DNA from: Minisyncoccota bacterium
GTDB lineage: Bacteria > Patescibacteriota > Minisyncoccia > UBA6257 > 2-01-FULL-56-20
Length of the DNA: 64,000 nt
Assembly (NCBI GenBank): GCA_036266715.1
Contig: DATAXS010000006.1
Span: 1,757 to 65,756, forward strand
Direction: 5' to 3'
Position numbers and translations under genes: made by a program. The notes below the pieces were generated by a model, which was given only the letters and a program-made list of their open reading frames with translations, was not told the DNA's origin and did not search any database. How positions within the stretch are numbered: the first letter of the stretch is position 1; each line of letters begins with the position of its first letter. This document shows positions 1 through 7,796 of this stretch, piece after piece.

Positions 1-21
1 TCGCTAATGAGGAGAATACTC

Positions 22-50
22 TTGACTTTAGTTTCTGTCAATGTTATACA
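22..50 (+). promoter_or_regulatory. putative sigma70-type promoter for 108..902
   Basis: TTGACT (22-27), 17-nt spacer, TATACA (45-50). A GAAAGGA purine run lies just upstream of ATG 108. Confidence 0.3.
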
Positions 51-107
51 GGTGCAGTATTGCGGACAGTTCATTTAAAATTGAGAAAACCGTGAAAGGA
101 AAACGAC

Positions 108-902
108 ATGGTGCAAGAAGTATATCTCTTCAATCGGGGAGATCGCGGGATATTCATGGAATTGTATTTTCCGAAAAGGGCGATTTATCAAGGAACCATT
201 TTTACGACACTTGGGGAGGGTTACAACGAAACTAGAGTAAGAGAAACATTATTGACGAACATTCACTCCCTATTCGTCACCCTCGCTGATTATCCCTATG
301 ACCTTTTTGACCCGTACCGCTACGGAACGGTGAAGCGGCCAAGGTGGTCGGAGTCAGATATCACGAAGGCGCGGAAACGCATTAAAATGTATGTTTCGCC
401 GTTCAAGGGGTATTCCATGTATGAGGTTGATGGAGTGTTCTTTGGTAGGAGTGGCAAGGAATATGAAGAGCGCACGCAAGTCATCCGACTTATGTTCCGT
501 TTCAAGAGCGGGTATGCATCCGTCGCAAGGAAAAGGCACTGCAGTGATGTGCTTCGCTCAATTCTGTTTTTTGTCATGCACGAGCGAGGACATATCGCCG
601 GAGAAGCGCCATGGGATGCGTCTACTAAAGAGCGTTTTATGACGACTCACGAACCGTGGTCCAGTCCGGCCAAGCGCAAGTTTGCGAAGAGGTATTTTCC
701 TCGTATTGCTGCGGAAGTGCGGAAATGGATCGACGACTGCGGACTCTTCACGTTCGGCTATCTTGTCCGGGAACTTTCCGATAAGGTGCTTGAAGTGAAG
801 CGGCCAGAAGAGGAAATTTGGGTCGCTACTTTCTTTGACCTCCTCTTGAACGTGGTCAAGCATTCCAAGCCCAAGAAGCTTCAACGGGTGAAAATTAAAT
901 GA
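108..902 (+). CDS. hypothetical protein with an HExxH motif (possible metallopeptidase-like)
   Basis: 264-aa ORF with ATG start, a purine-rich RBS and a terminator hairpin straddling the TGA stop codon (900-902). Contains 'VMHERGHI' (HExxH). No family recognised. Sampled lines are lower in GC than the window norm (37% for 1-60, 42% for 181-240 by hand count). Confidence 0.55.
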   Translation: MVQEVYLFNRGDRGIFMELYFPKRAIYQGTIFTTLGEGYNETRVRETLLTNIHSLFVTLADYPYDLFDPYRYGTVKRPRWSESDITKARKRIKMYVSPFKGYSMYEVDGVFFGRSGKEYEERTQVIRLMFRFKSGYASVARKRHCSDVLRSILFFVMHERGHIAGEAPWDASTKERFMTTHEPWSSPAKRKFAKRYFPRIAAEVRKWIDDCGLFTFGYLVRELSDKVLEVKRPEEEIWVATFFDLLLNVVKHSKPKKLQRVKIK

Positions 903-930
903 GGCGAACGTTTGTTCGCCTCATATTTTT
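901..930. terminator. intrinsic terminator hairpin between convergent genes
   Basis: GAGGCGAAC (901-909), loop GTTT, GTTCGCCTC (914-922), then ATATTTTT. An A-run on the other side lets it work for both 108..902 (+) and 955..1434 (-). Confidence 0.65.
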
Positions 931-954
931 GTAACCGTTGCGGTCCGGTCGTTT

Positions 955-1434
955 CTAATCGATTGCACCATCCGCCTGGGTCCACGGGCCGAATTCTCCC
1001 TGCGCGCGGAATTCCGCCAGCTCTTCGGGAGTGACGTTTTTCTCCATCGGCCAATAGAGCAGGGCATAGTGGGGAAGTTCCCGGACGATGACGAATGCCA
1101 TGAAGCCCTTCCGCAATCCCGTCTCCAGGTCGTCGATGATCTTCGCAAAGTAGCCGTAACGTCCGAAGATCTCCACCGCCTTTTGGGCGGCTTCCATCGG
1201 GTTTTCAACTTCAGTGACGTCAATGGCGACGGGAAAGCCCAATCGTTCCTGTATTGCGGGTGAAGCAGTGTTGATGATGGCGCGGCTCATCGCCGGCTCG
1301 TAATACGCTCGCTTTACGCCGGGCGTGTGACCCTTGCCGACAGGAGCGACACCCGAAGTTTCTTCGAGTACCCTCATCAGTATTTTCCAGGTTTTTTCGT
1401 CGCGACAGCAGGTGATGCGATTGATGCCAGCCAT
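955..1434 (-). CDS. hypothetical protein
   Basis: 159-aa ORF with normal amino-acid composition, convergent with the upstream gene and sharing its terminator. No family recognised. Confidence 0.55.
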   Translation of the reverse strand: MAGINRITCCRDEKTWKILMRVLEETSGVAPVGKGHTPGVKRAYYEPAMSRAIINTASPAIQERLGFPVAIDVTEVENPMEAAQKAVEIFGRYGYFAKIIDDLETGLRKGFMAFVIVRELPHYALLYWPMEKNVTPEELAEFRAQGEFGPWTQADGAID

Positions 1435-1532
1435 ATTTACCCCTCCTTAATCCACATTTGATGTAAATGCTTGGTATGTACCCTTGCACTGCTCATATTT
1501 TAACATTTCACTATAAAAAGTCAAGCTTCCGC

Positions 1533-2396
1533 ATGGGGAGATTGGAAAACTTGATTTATAATGAAAGAATGACCCATCCGCAGTTCCGGAAGACCATTTG
1601 GGCCCACTACCGCAAGAACGGACGTCATGATCTCGCGTGGCGCAAGACACGTGATCCCTACCGCATTTTGGTATCGGAGATCATGCTCCAGCAGACGCAG
1701 GTTGCGCGCGTCGCCGGGTTTTATCCGGAGTTCATTAAAGTATTCCCAAACTTCCGCGCGCTTGCCCGCGCGGGGACTGCGGACGTGCTCCGCGCGTGGC
1801 AGGGGATGGGTTACAACCGCCGCGCCCTCGCGCTCCAAAACTTGTCAAGAATTGTTTTAGAAACATTTAATGGAAAGTTGCCAAAAAGTCGGGAAGAGCT
1901 GGAATCGTTGCCCGGTATCGGCAAGGCGACTGCGGGTTCCCTTCGTGCGTTCGCTTGGAACGAGTATGAGGTGTTTATAGAGACGAACATTCGCCGCGTA
2001 TTCATCCATTTTTTCTTTCATGAAGAAAAAACGGTAACGGACGAAGCGATAGTGCGTTATATTACAGGAACGCTTCCCCAAAAAAATTTTCGCGAATGGT
2101 ATTGGGCGCTTATGGACTATGGCGCAATGCTTGGCGCCCAGGTCCAAAAAGCGAAAGTAAGCATAAATCCCAACAGAAAAAGCGCTCACTACAGGAAACA
2201 GGCCGTTTTTAAAGGCTCAGATAGAGAGTTGCGCGGCAAGATCCTCCGATTGTTGCTCAAAAAGAAGAAGGTTTCCCTGCCTTTGATGGCAAAAGCCATG
2301 AAAGAACCCGCCCTGCGGGTGCGAAGGGTGGCGAACGTGCTTGTGCGCGAAGGTTTTGCGGGGCATCTCGGTGCAAATGCCCTAACAATCATTTAA
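1533..2396 (+). CDS. HhH-GPD DNA glycosylase, MutY/Nth-like, lacking Fe-S cluster cysteines
   Basis: 'LVSEIMLQQTQV', 'WQGMGYNRRA', HhH 'LPGIGKATAGS', 'ETNIRRVF', 'ALMDYGAM'. ATG 1533 chosen by alignment logic to MutY N-termini; the ORF-track start 1467 or ATG 1569 are also possible. Confidence 0.75.
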   Translation: MGRLENLIYNERMTHPQFRKTIWAHYRKNGRHDLAWRKTRDPYRILVSEIMLQQTQVARVAGFYPEFIKVFPNFRALARAGTADVLRAWQGMGYNRRALALQNLSRIVLETFNGKLPKSREELESLPGIGKATAGSLRAFAWNEYEVFIETNIRRVFIHFFFHEEKTVTDEAIVRYITGTLPQKNFREWYWALMDYGAMLGAQVQKAKVSINPNRKSAHYRKQAVFKGSDRELRGKILRLLLKKKKVSLPLMAKAMKEPALRVRRVANVLVREGFAGHLGANALTII

Positions 2397-3613
2397 TGAA
2401 AAAAATATTTATAACCGCGGCGGTCTTTGTGGGGACGGCCATACCTCTTTTATTCTCACCTTCTCCGGCGAGTGCCGCTACCGCGGCCGCAAGCACGGCT
2501 GCCACGGCCTCGACCGGCAAGTTCTATTACGGCGCATGGGTGCCCTATTGGCAGCAACAGCCGGGCGAAGAGGATATTGCGGTGCACCTTGATTCGCTCA
2601 ACGAGTTGAGCCCATTTTCATATGAGGTTGCCGCGGACGGGACAATCATAGATGACCTCGGTATTGGAAGCGGCTCGTGGAGCGGATGGTTGGAAGCCGT
2701 GCACGACTTTGGTGAAAAGATAACGCCCACCATCGCGTGGTTCAACGGTAACCAGATCTACAATCTTCTTTCAAATACCAAGAAGCGGCAGGCCGAGGAG
2801 AACACGGTCACCCAGCTTGTAAAAACCCAGGGCTTTGATGGCATTGATATTGATTTTGAAGAAATGACAGCGGCGACCAAGCCGTACTTCTCGCTCTTTA
2901 TAGAGGGGCTTGCGATCCGCCTGCACCCGCTCGGCAAGACGGTGACCTGTACGCTTGAGCCGCTCACGCCGGCGGCGGACCTTGCGGGCAGTGTGGGATC
3001 AAACGCGGAATACACGGAAGACTATGCGACGCTCAACCAATATTGCGACGAGATACGCATCATGACGTATGACCAGGGGACGATAGATCTTCCGCTTGAT
3101 GCCGAGAAGGGCAACGGCACGCTCTATGCGCCGGTCGCGGATCCGGCGTGGGAGCAGGCCGTGATCCAGCAGACGCTCCAGTACATAAGCCCCAAAAAGA
3201 TCATGCTCGCAATTCCGACGTACGGATATGAATACGAGGTTTCATGGGTGAACGGCGTCACGACCTACCAGCGGGTGCGGGCGTTCGATTATATGGATGC
3301 GATGGACCGCGCGGACAGCCTGGGTATTGAGCCGACGCGGGACAACGCGGACGAGCTGAGCTTCACATATGCGTCAACGACCTATATTCCGGAACCACCC
3401 AGTCTGACCTACACCACCTTTTCTACGGAACCTGCGGCGCTTATGAATCCGAATCCGAACGCGACGACCACGTTCTTTGTGACCTTTCCGGACTCGCAAA
3501 CGATGGACGATGAGATCGCACTTGCCAAGAAGTACGACCTCCGCGGTGTAATGATATTCAAGGCGGATGGGGACATTGACCCTGCAATTTGGGGGACGAT
3601 GGCGCTCCATTAG
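2396..3613 (+). CDS. secreted glycoside hydrolase family 18 (chitinase / endo-beta-N-acetylglucosaminidase-like)
   Basis: Signal peptide 'MKKIFITAAVFVGTAIPLLFSPSPASA'. GH18 catalytic motif 'FDGIDIDFEE' (DxxDxDxE). ATG overlaps the stop of the previous gene (TAATG). Confidence 0.8.
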   Translation: MKKIFITAAVFVGTAIPLLFSPSPASAATAAASTAATASTGKFYYGAWVPYWQQQPGEEDIAVHLDSLNELSPFSYEVAADGTIIDDLGIGSGSWSGWLEAVHDFGEKITPTIAWFNGNQIYNLLSNTKKRQAEENTVTQLVKTQGFDGIDIDFEEMTAATKPYFSLFIEGLAIRLHPLGKTVTCTLEPLTPAADLAGSVGSNAEYTEDYATLNQYCDEIRIMTYDQGTIDLPLDAEKGNGTLYAPVADPAWEQAVIQQTLQYISPKKIMLAIPTYGYEYEVSWVNGVTTYQRVRAFDYMDAMDRADSLGIEPTRDNADELSFTYASTTYIPEPPSLTYTTFSTEPAALMNPNPNATTTFFVTFPDSQTMDDEIALAKKYDLRGVMIFKADGDIDPAIWGTMALH

Positions 3614-3772
3614 AAAAAGTATAGGCAAAACGGGCTCTTTGAGATGAAGAAAACGCGTTGAAATCCACAGCGCGGTCGTATTTGCGCCAAAAATGCATGC
3701 TACAATGAAAATAAAGAGTTATCTTTGACTCCCTGTTTTTATAATTGATGCCCACTATTCAAAACTAACGCG

Positions 3773-4975
3773 ATGCCACGGATTCGTAAGGAAACCAAGC
3801 AAAAGAAGTCCAAGGGACGAACAAAAAAAAGTCTTGCTTCCGTACGCACGCGCGCCAAAAGAGCAGTTGGTTCCCGCCGTGATGCCATCGTTAAAGCGCT
3901 CCGTGCCGCCGCCCGCACAGAGAAGGCCAAGCGGCCGCACCAGCTTGACCGGCACGAAGGCAATCCGATCATGGAGCCGCGCGAGACAAATTTTTGGGAA
4001 ATGAAGGCGACCTTCAATCCGGGCGCCATCTATGCCGACAGGCGCGTACATCTTTTATACCGCGCCATCGGCGGCGATGATATTTCCGTGCTCGGGTACG
4101 CGGCAAGCGATGACGGTTTCACTATTACCGAACGGTTGGACGATCCGGCATTCATTCCCGATGCCACAAAGAAGCCCGACCCAAACGCACCGGTGCAAAC
4201 ATTGCCCGCGTATTGTTCCGGTGGGGGATGGAACGGCGGCTGCGAAGATCCGCGCCTTACGTTGCTCGATGACCAGGTGTATCTGATGTACACCGCGTTT
4301 GATGGGTGGGGTTCCATACGCATCGCGCTCACCTCAATAGACGTGAAGGACTTTTTGAACAAACGCTGGTTTTGGAAAAAGCCGGCGCTTATTTCTCCGC
4401 CCGGCGAGATCCATAAGAACTGGATGATGTTCCCGGAGAAAATAAACGGGAAATATGCGATCCTAAACAGCATTTCGCCGCAAATATCCGTAGCATATTT
4501 TGATTACCTTGATGAGCTGGAGCGGGGCGAAAAGGTGATCCCGAGCCGCTACGACCGCATTTCACGCACCGGGAGTTGGGACAGCTGGATTCGCGGCGCG
4601 GGACCGCCGCCCATCAGGACAAAACTCGGTTGGCTGCTCTTCTATCACGCCATGGATATCCGCGATCCCGATCGCTACAAACTTGGCGCCATGATTCTGG
4701 ATGCGAACGACCCCACAAAAATACTTTACCGCTCGCGCGTGCCGGTGCTTGAGCCAGATATGTATTATGAAAATAACGGTTTCAAATCGGGCGTGGTTTA
4801 TTCCTGCGGCGCGATCGTAAAAGATGGCGAGCTCTATGTGTATTATGGCGGTGCGGATGCGGTGGTTTGCGTGGCAATGGCCAATTTGGATATGTTTTTG
4901 GAAGAACTTGCGAAATACGGCACCCCGCAGCTCACCGTGGAAAGGAAGCCCCCTACGCGCGCCACGCGGCGGTAG
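3773..4975 (+). CDS. GH130 family glycosidase / beta-mannoside phosphorylase-like, with a basic N-terminal extension
   Basis: 'NPGAIYADRRVHLLYRAIG', 'GGCEDPRLT', 'LMYTAFDG', 'WLLFYHA', 'YKLGAMILD', 'YVYYGGAD'. The first ~60 aa are Lys/Arg-rich. Confidence 0.8.
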   Translation: MPRIRKETKQKKSKGRTKKSLASVRTRAKRAVGSRRDAIVKALRAAARTEKAKRPHQLDRHEGNPIMEPRETNFWEMKATFNPGAIYADRRVHLLYRAIGGDDISVLGYAASDDGFTITERLDDPAFIPDATKKPDPNAPVQTLPAYCSGGGWNGGCEDPRLTLLDDQVYLMYTAFDGWGSIRIALTSIDVKDFLNKRWFWKKPALISPPGEIHKNWMMFPEKINGKYAILNSISPQISVAYFDYLDELERGEKVIPSRYDRISRTGSWDSWIRGAGPPPIRTKLGWLLFYHAMDIRDPDRYKLGAMILDANDPTKILYRSRVPVLEPDMYYENNGFKSGVVYSCGAIVKDGELYVYYGGADAVVCVAMANLDMFLEELAKYGTPQLTVERKPPTRATRR

Positions 4976-5000
4976 GGGCGTGTTTTCTTGTTAATATATT

Positions 5001-6929
5001 ATGCCTGTTGTTAAACGCTCCGACGAAAATCCCATACTTTTGCCCGACCCGCGGTCCCCGTGGGAGGCCATTGCGGCGCACAATCCGTGCGTCACGGAAT
5101 CAAAAGGCATGTTCCACATGCTCTACCGGGCCGTTTCCGTAAAACAGAAAGTTGAAAATGCGGAATTGGAAATTTCTTCCGTGGGATATGCCGTGAGCCG
5201 CGACGGCGTGAATTTTAAAGGACGACGGCAACTCTTTGGCCCCGAGCACGATTGGGAACGGTACGGCTGCGAAGACCCGCGCGTCACCGAATTTGAAGGG
5301 CGATTCTTTATTTTTTATACCGCCGTACGCGAATTTTCCGCAGACGGCATTAAAGTTGCGGTCGCCATTACGCGCGATTTCAAAACGATAGATGAAAAGC
5401 ACCTCGTGACTCCCTTCAACGCAAAGGCGATGACGCTTTTCCCGGAGCGCGTGAACGGGAAGATAGTCGTGGCGCTTACCGCAAACACCGACCGGCCGCC
5501 GGCAAAAATATGTCTTGCCTTTTTGGACCGCGTTGAGGATCTTTGGTCGGAGGATTACTGGAACAAGTGGTATGCTGATTGGCGCTCGCACGCGCTCGCA
5601 ATCGTGCAGAACGACGAGAAGGACCAGGTGGAGGTCGGTTCGAAGCCGCTCAAAACAAAGGAGGGGTGGCTCATATTTTACTCTTATATATACAATTATT
5701 TTTCACCGCCCGCGATATTCGGCGTGCAGGCGGCACTGCTTGATCTCCGCGATCCGCAACGGATAGTGGGCGAAGTAAGGCGTCCGTTCCTTGTGCCCGA
5801 AGAAGAATACGAATATTACGGCCGCGTGCCGCACATTGTGTTTCCCTCGGGCGCCTTGATACGAAAAAAACTTGTCTATTTGTATTATGGCGCGACGGAC
5901 ACGGTTTCGTGTGTTGCCATGATGTCGTTGGAAGAACTTTTGGAGCAGCTCGTTTTTACGCGGGAGCGCTTGCTCGTCCGGTTTGAGGGGAACCCGATCA
6001 TTTCGCCCGTTCCGGAACACGCGTGGGAATCGCAGGCAACCTTCAATCCGGCGGCGATCTACGAAGGCGGCAAGGTGCATATTCTCTACCGCGCGATGGG
6101 TGCGGACAATACGTCTGTCGTTGGGTATGCAAGTTCGCACGATGGCGTGCATATTGATGAGCGCTTGCCAGAGCCCGTGTATGTGCCGCGGGAGGACTTT
6201 GAAATGAAGAAAGTTCCCGGCGGCAATTCCGGGTGTGAGGACCCACGCGTCACGCGCATCGGGGAAACGATCTATATGCTGTATACGGCCTTCTCGGGAA
6301 GTGCCGCGCCGCGCGTGGCGCTTACCTCCATTCCCGCACCCGACTTCGCGGCGCGGCGCTGGAACTGGTCCAAACCGGTGCTCATCTCGCCGCCCGGCAT
6401 GGACGACAAAGACGCGGCGCTTTTCCCACGCAAGGTCAAGGGCAAATACGTCTTCTTGCACCGGCTTGGCTCGGACATTTGGATAGATTTTCTGGATGAC
6501 CTGAACTTTGACGGGAAAACAAAGTTTCTCGGAGGCAAGATCCTCATGCGGCCGCGGGACACGGCGTGGGATTCGCGCCGCATCGGCGGCACCTCACCGC
6601 CCATCGAGACGGAATACGGCTGGCTCATGTTTTACCACGGTATTTCCAAGCGCACCGGCCACTACAACGTGCGTGTAGCGCTCCTGGACCGCGACGATCC
6701 GAGTCTCATCCTTTATCGCACGCATGATCCGCTCCTTGAACCGGAAACGCCCTACGAAAAAAACGGCATTGTCTCCAATGTCGTCTTTCCGTGCGGCGCA
6801 GTGCTCATTAAAGATACCTTATACGTCTATTATGGCGGTGCGGACAAGTTCGTGGCGGTCGCGACGCTTGACATGGAGGTCATTGCCCGCGGTCTTGCGC
6901 GAGAGGCAGGATTTTACGGAGAAAAATAG
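5001..6929 (+). CDS. tandem (double) GH130 domain protein
   Basis: The GH130 motif set occurs twice in one 642-aa ORF: 'HNPCV..FHMLYRAV', 'CEDPRVT', 'IFYTAV', 'YLYYGATD', then 'FNPAAIY..VHILYRAMG', 'GCEDPRVT', 'MLYTAFSG', 'YVYYGGAD'. Confidence 0.85.
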   Translation: MPVVKRSDENPILLPDPRSPWEAIAAHNPCVTESKGMFHMLYRAVSVKQKVENAELEISSVGYAVSRDGVNFKGRRQLFGPEHDWERYGCEDPRVTEFEGRFFIFYTAVREFSADGIKVAVAITRDFKTIDEKHLVTPFNAKAMTLFPERVNGKIVVALTANTDRPPAKICLAFLDRVEDLWSEDYWNKWYADWRSHALAIVQNDEKDQVEVGSKPLKTKEGWLIFYSYIYNYFSPPAIFGVQAALLDLRDPQRIVGEVRRPFLVPEEEYEYYGRVPHIVFPSGALIRKKLVYLYYGATDTVSCVAMMSLEELLEQLVFTRERLLVRFEGNPIISPVPEHAWESQATFNPAAIYEGGKVHILYRAMGADNTSVVGYASSHDGVHIDERLPEPVYVPREDFEMKKVPGGNSGCEDPRVTRIGETIYMLYTAFSGSAAPRVALTSIPAPDFAARRWNWSKPVLISPPGMDDKDAALFPRKVKGKYVFLHRLGSDIWIDFLDDLNFDGKTKFLGGKILMRPRDTAWDSRRIGGTSPPIETEYGWLMFYHGISKRTGHYNVRVALLDRDDPSLILYRTHDPLLEPETPYEKNGIVSNVVFPCGAVLIKDTLYVYYGGADKFVAVATLDMEVIARGLAREAGFYGEK

Positions 6930-7008
6930 CACAAAGCAGGCAAGGCAGTACTTTGAGGCAGAGTACGGAGCCACACTGCCTCAAAGTACTGCCTTGCCTG
7001 CTTTGTGC
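6929..7008. terminator. very long perfect hairpin (33-bp stem) between convergent genes, probably a bidirectional terminator
   Basis: 6929-6961 (gcacaaagcaggcaaggcagtactttgaggcag) is the exact reverse complement of 6976-7008, with a 14-nt loop. It starts on the last base of the TAG stop of 5001..6929 and ends 3 nt before the stop of 7011..7514. Confidence 0.7.
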
Positions 7009-7010
7009 TA

Positions 7011-7514
7011 CTATCTCTCTGAAATCTGCGAGTCGGCGAGCACGACCACAGCCACATTTTTGTGTGCGCCAAAATCAAGTGCGGCAGTCACCGAGGGCAT
7101 CCAGATGTCTACGGTGTTGTGCACCTTGGTGCTCGTGCGGTCTTCCACGGTAAATATTCTGTCGCCAAAAAGCGAAGGCAATTCGATTTTGGTGCCGAAG
7201 GGGAGGCCGTTCACGGCCACAATACCGTTGTGCACATAGGTGCCGTTTGCGGTGATAAAGGGGGTGCTGTCGGTCTCATCCGGAACGCTCGCGTAGGCCG
7301 TGATCCTCATAGTGAGGGTCTCGAGCGGTGAGGGGATGGCGAGTGTACTTGTGGTTATGGCCATATCGGGGGTGGGGGTGGGCGCAAAGGTGGCCGTGGC
7401 AATACCCGCCATGTCCGCATCGGGCGCCACGATAAAGCCTGCCTGGGTGATTATGGGGGCAACATAGACCACGAAAGAGACAACTGCCGCTATGACGACA
7501 AGGGCTTTTTTCAT
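7011..7514 (-). CDS. 3D domain-containing (MltA/RlpA-like fold) cell-wall protein
   Basis: N-terminal signal/anchor 'MKKALVVIAAVVSFVVYVA'. C-terminal 'ITAYASVPDETDSTPFITANG...FGTKIELP...VEDRTSTKVHNTVDIWMPS', typical of the 3D domain. Confidence 0.75.
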   Translation of the reverse strand: MKKALVVIAAVVSFVVYVAPIITQAGFIVAPDADMAGIATATFAPTPTPDMAITTSTLAIPSPLETLTMRITAYASVPDETDSTPFITANGTYVHNGIVAVNGLPFGTKIELPSLFGDRIFTVEDRTSTKVHNTVDIWMPSVTAALDFGAHKNVAVVVLADSQISER

Positions 7515-7570
7515 ATGGTTCTTAGGGTTTCTTGGGGGTTATTTCGAAATAGGGCCGAATACCAGATTTC

Positions 7571-7595
7571 CCAACAAAAACGCCCCTTTCGGGGC
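7571..7595 (-). terminator. terminator-like hairpin inside the putative 5' leader of the 3D-domain gene
   Basis: Minus strand reads GCCCC-GAAA-GGGGC followed by GTTTTTGTTGGG. Located between the putative promoter (7626-7654) and ATG 7514. Confidence 0.45.
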
Positions 7596-7625
7596 ATATC
7601 ATGACTACGATTTTGTTGTAGGGAT

Positions 7626-7654
7626 AGTTTAGCGCAGGCGGGTCCAAAAGTCAA
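7626..7654 (-). promoter_or_regulatory. putative sigma70-type promoter for the 3D-domain gene
   Basis: Minus strand TTGACT (7654-7649), 17-nt spacer, TAAACT (7631-7626). Confidence 0.4.
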
Positions 7655-7721
7655 TAATTGCCAAAATGCCCATTTTCTCGTCTAAAATGCCCCCAAATCC
7701 GCTTAAGGCCGTTGATTTTTG

Positions 7722-7760
7722 GATAAAAAAGGCCGCCTCTGCAAAATGCGCAAGGCGGCC
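7722..7760 (-). terminator. intrinsic terminator of 7797..8819
   Basis: Minus strand GGCCGCCT (7760-7753), 14-nt loop, AGGCGGCC (7738-7731), then TTTTTTAT. Confidence 0.55.
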
Positions 7761-7796
7761 CAGCCGGGCTGAGTACCCGGGAAGGGGTGATAGAAA

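Noticed and set aside
41-235. 64-aa ORF at the window start
   Set aside because: It overlaps the better-supported 108..902 ORF in another frame, spans that gene's putative promoter, and shows no RBS or domain signal.
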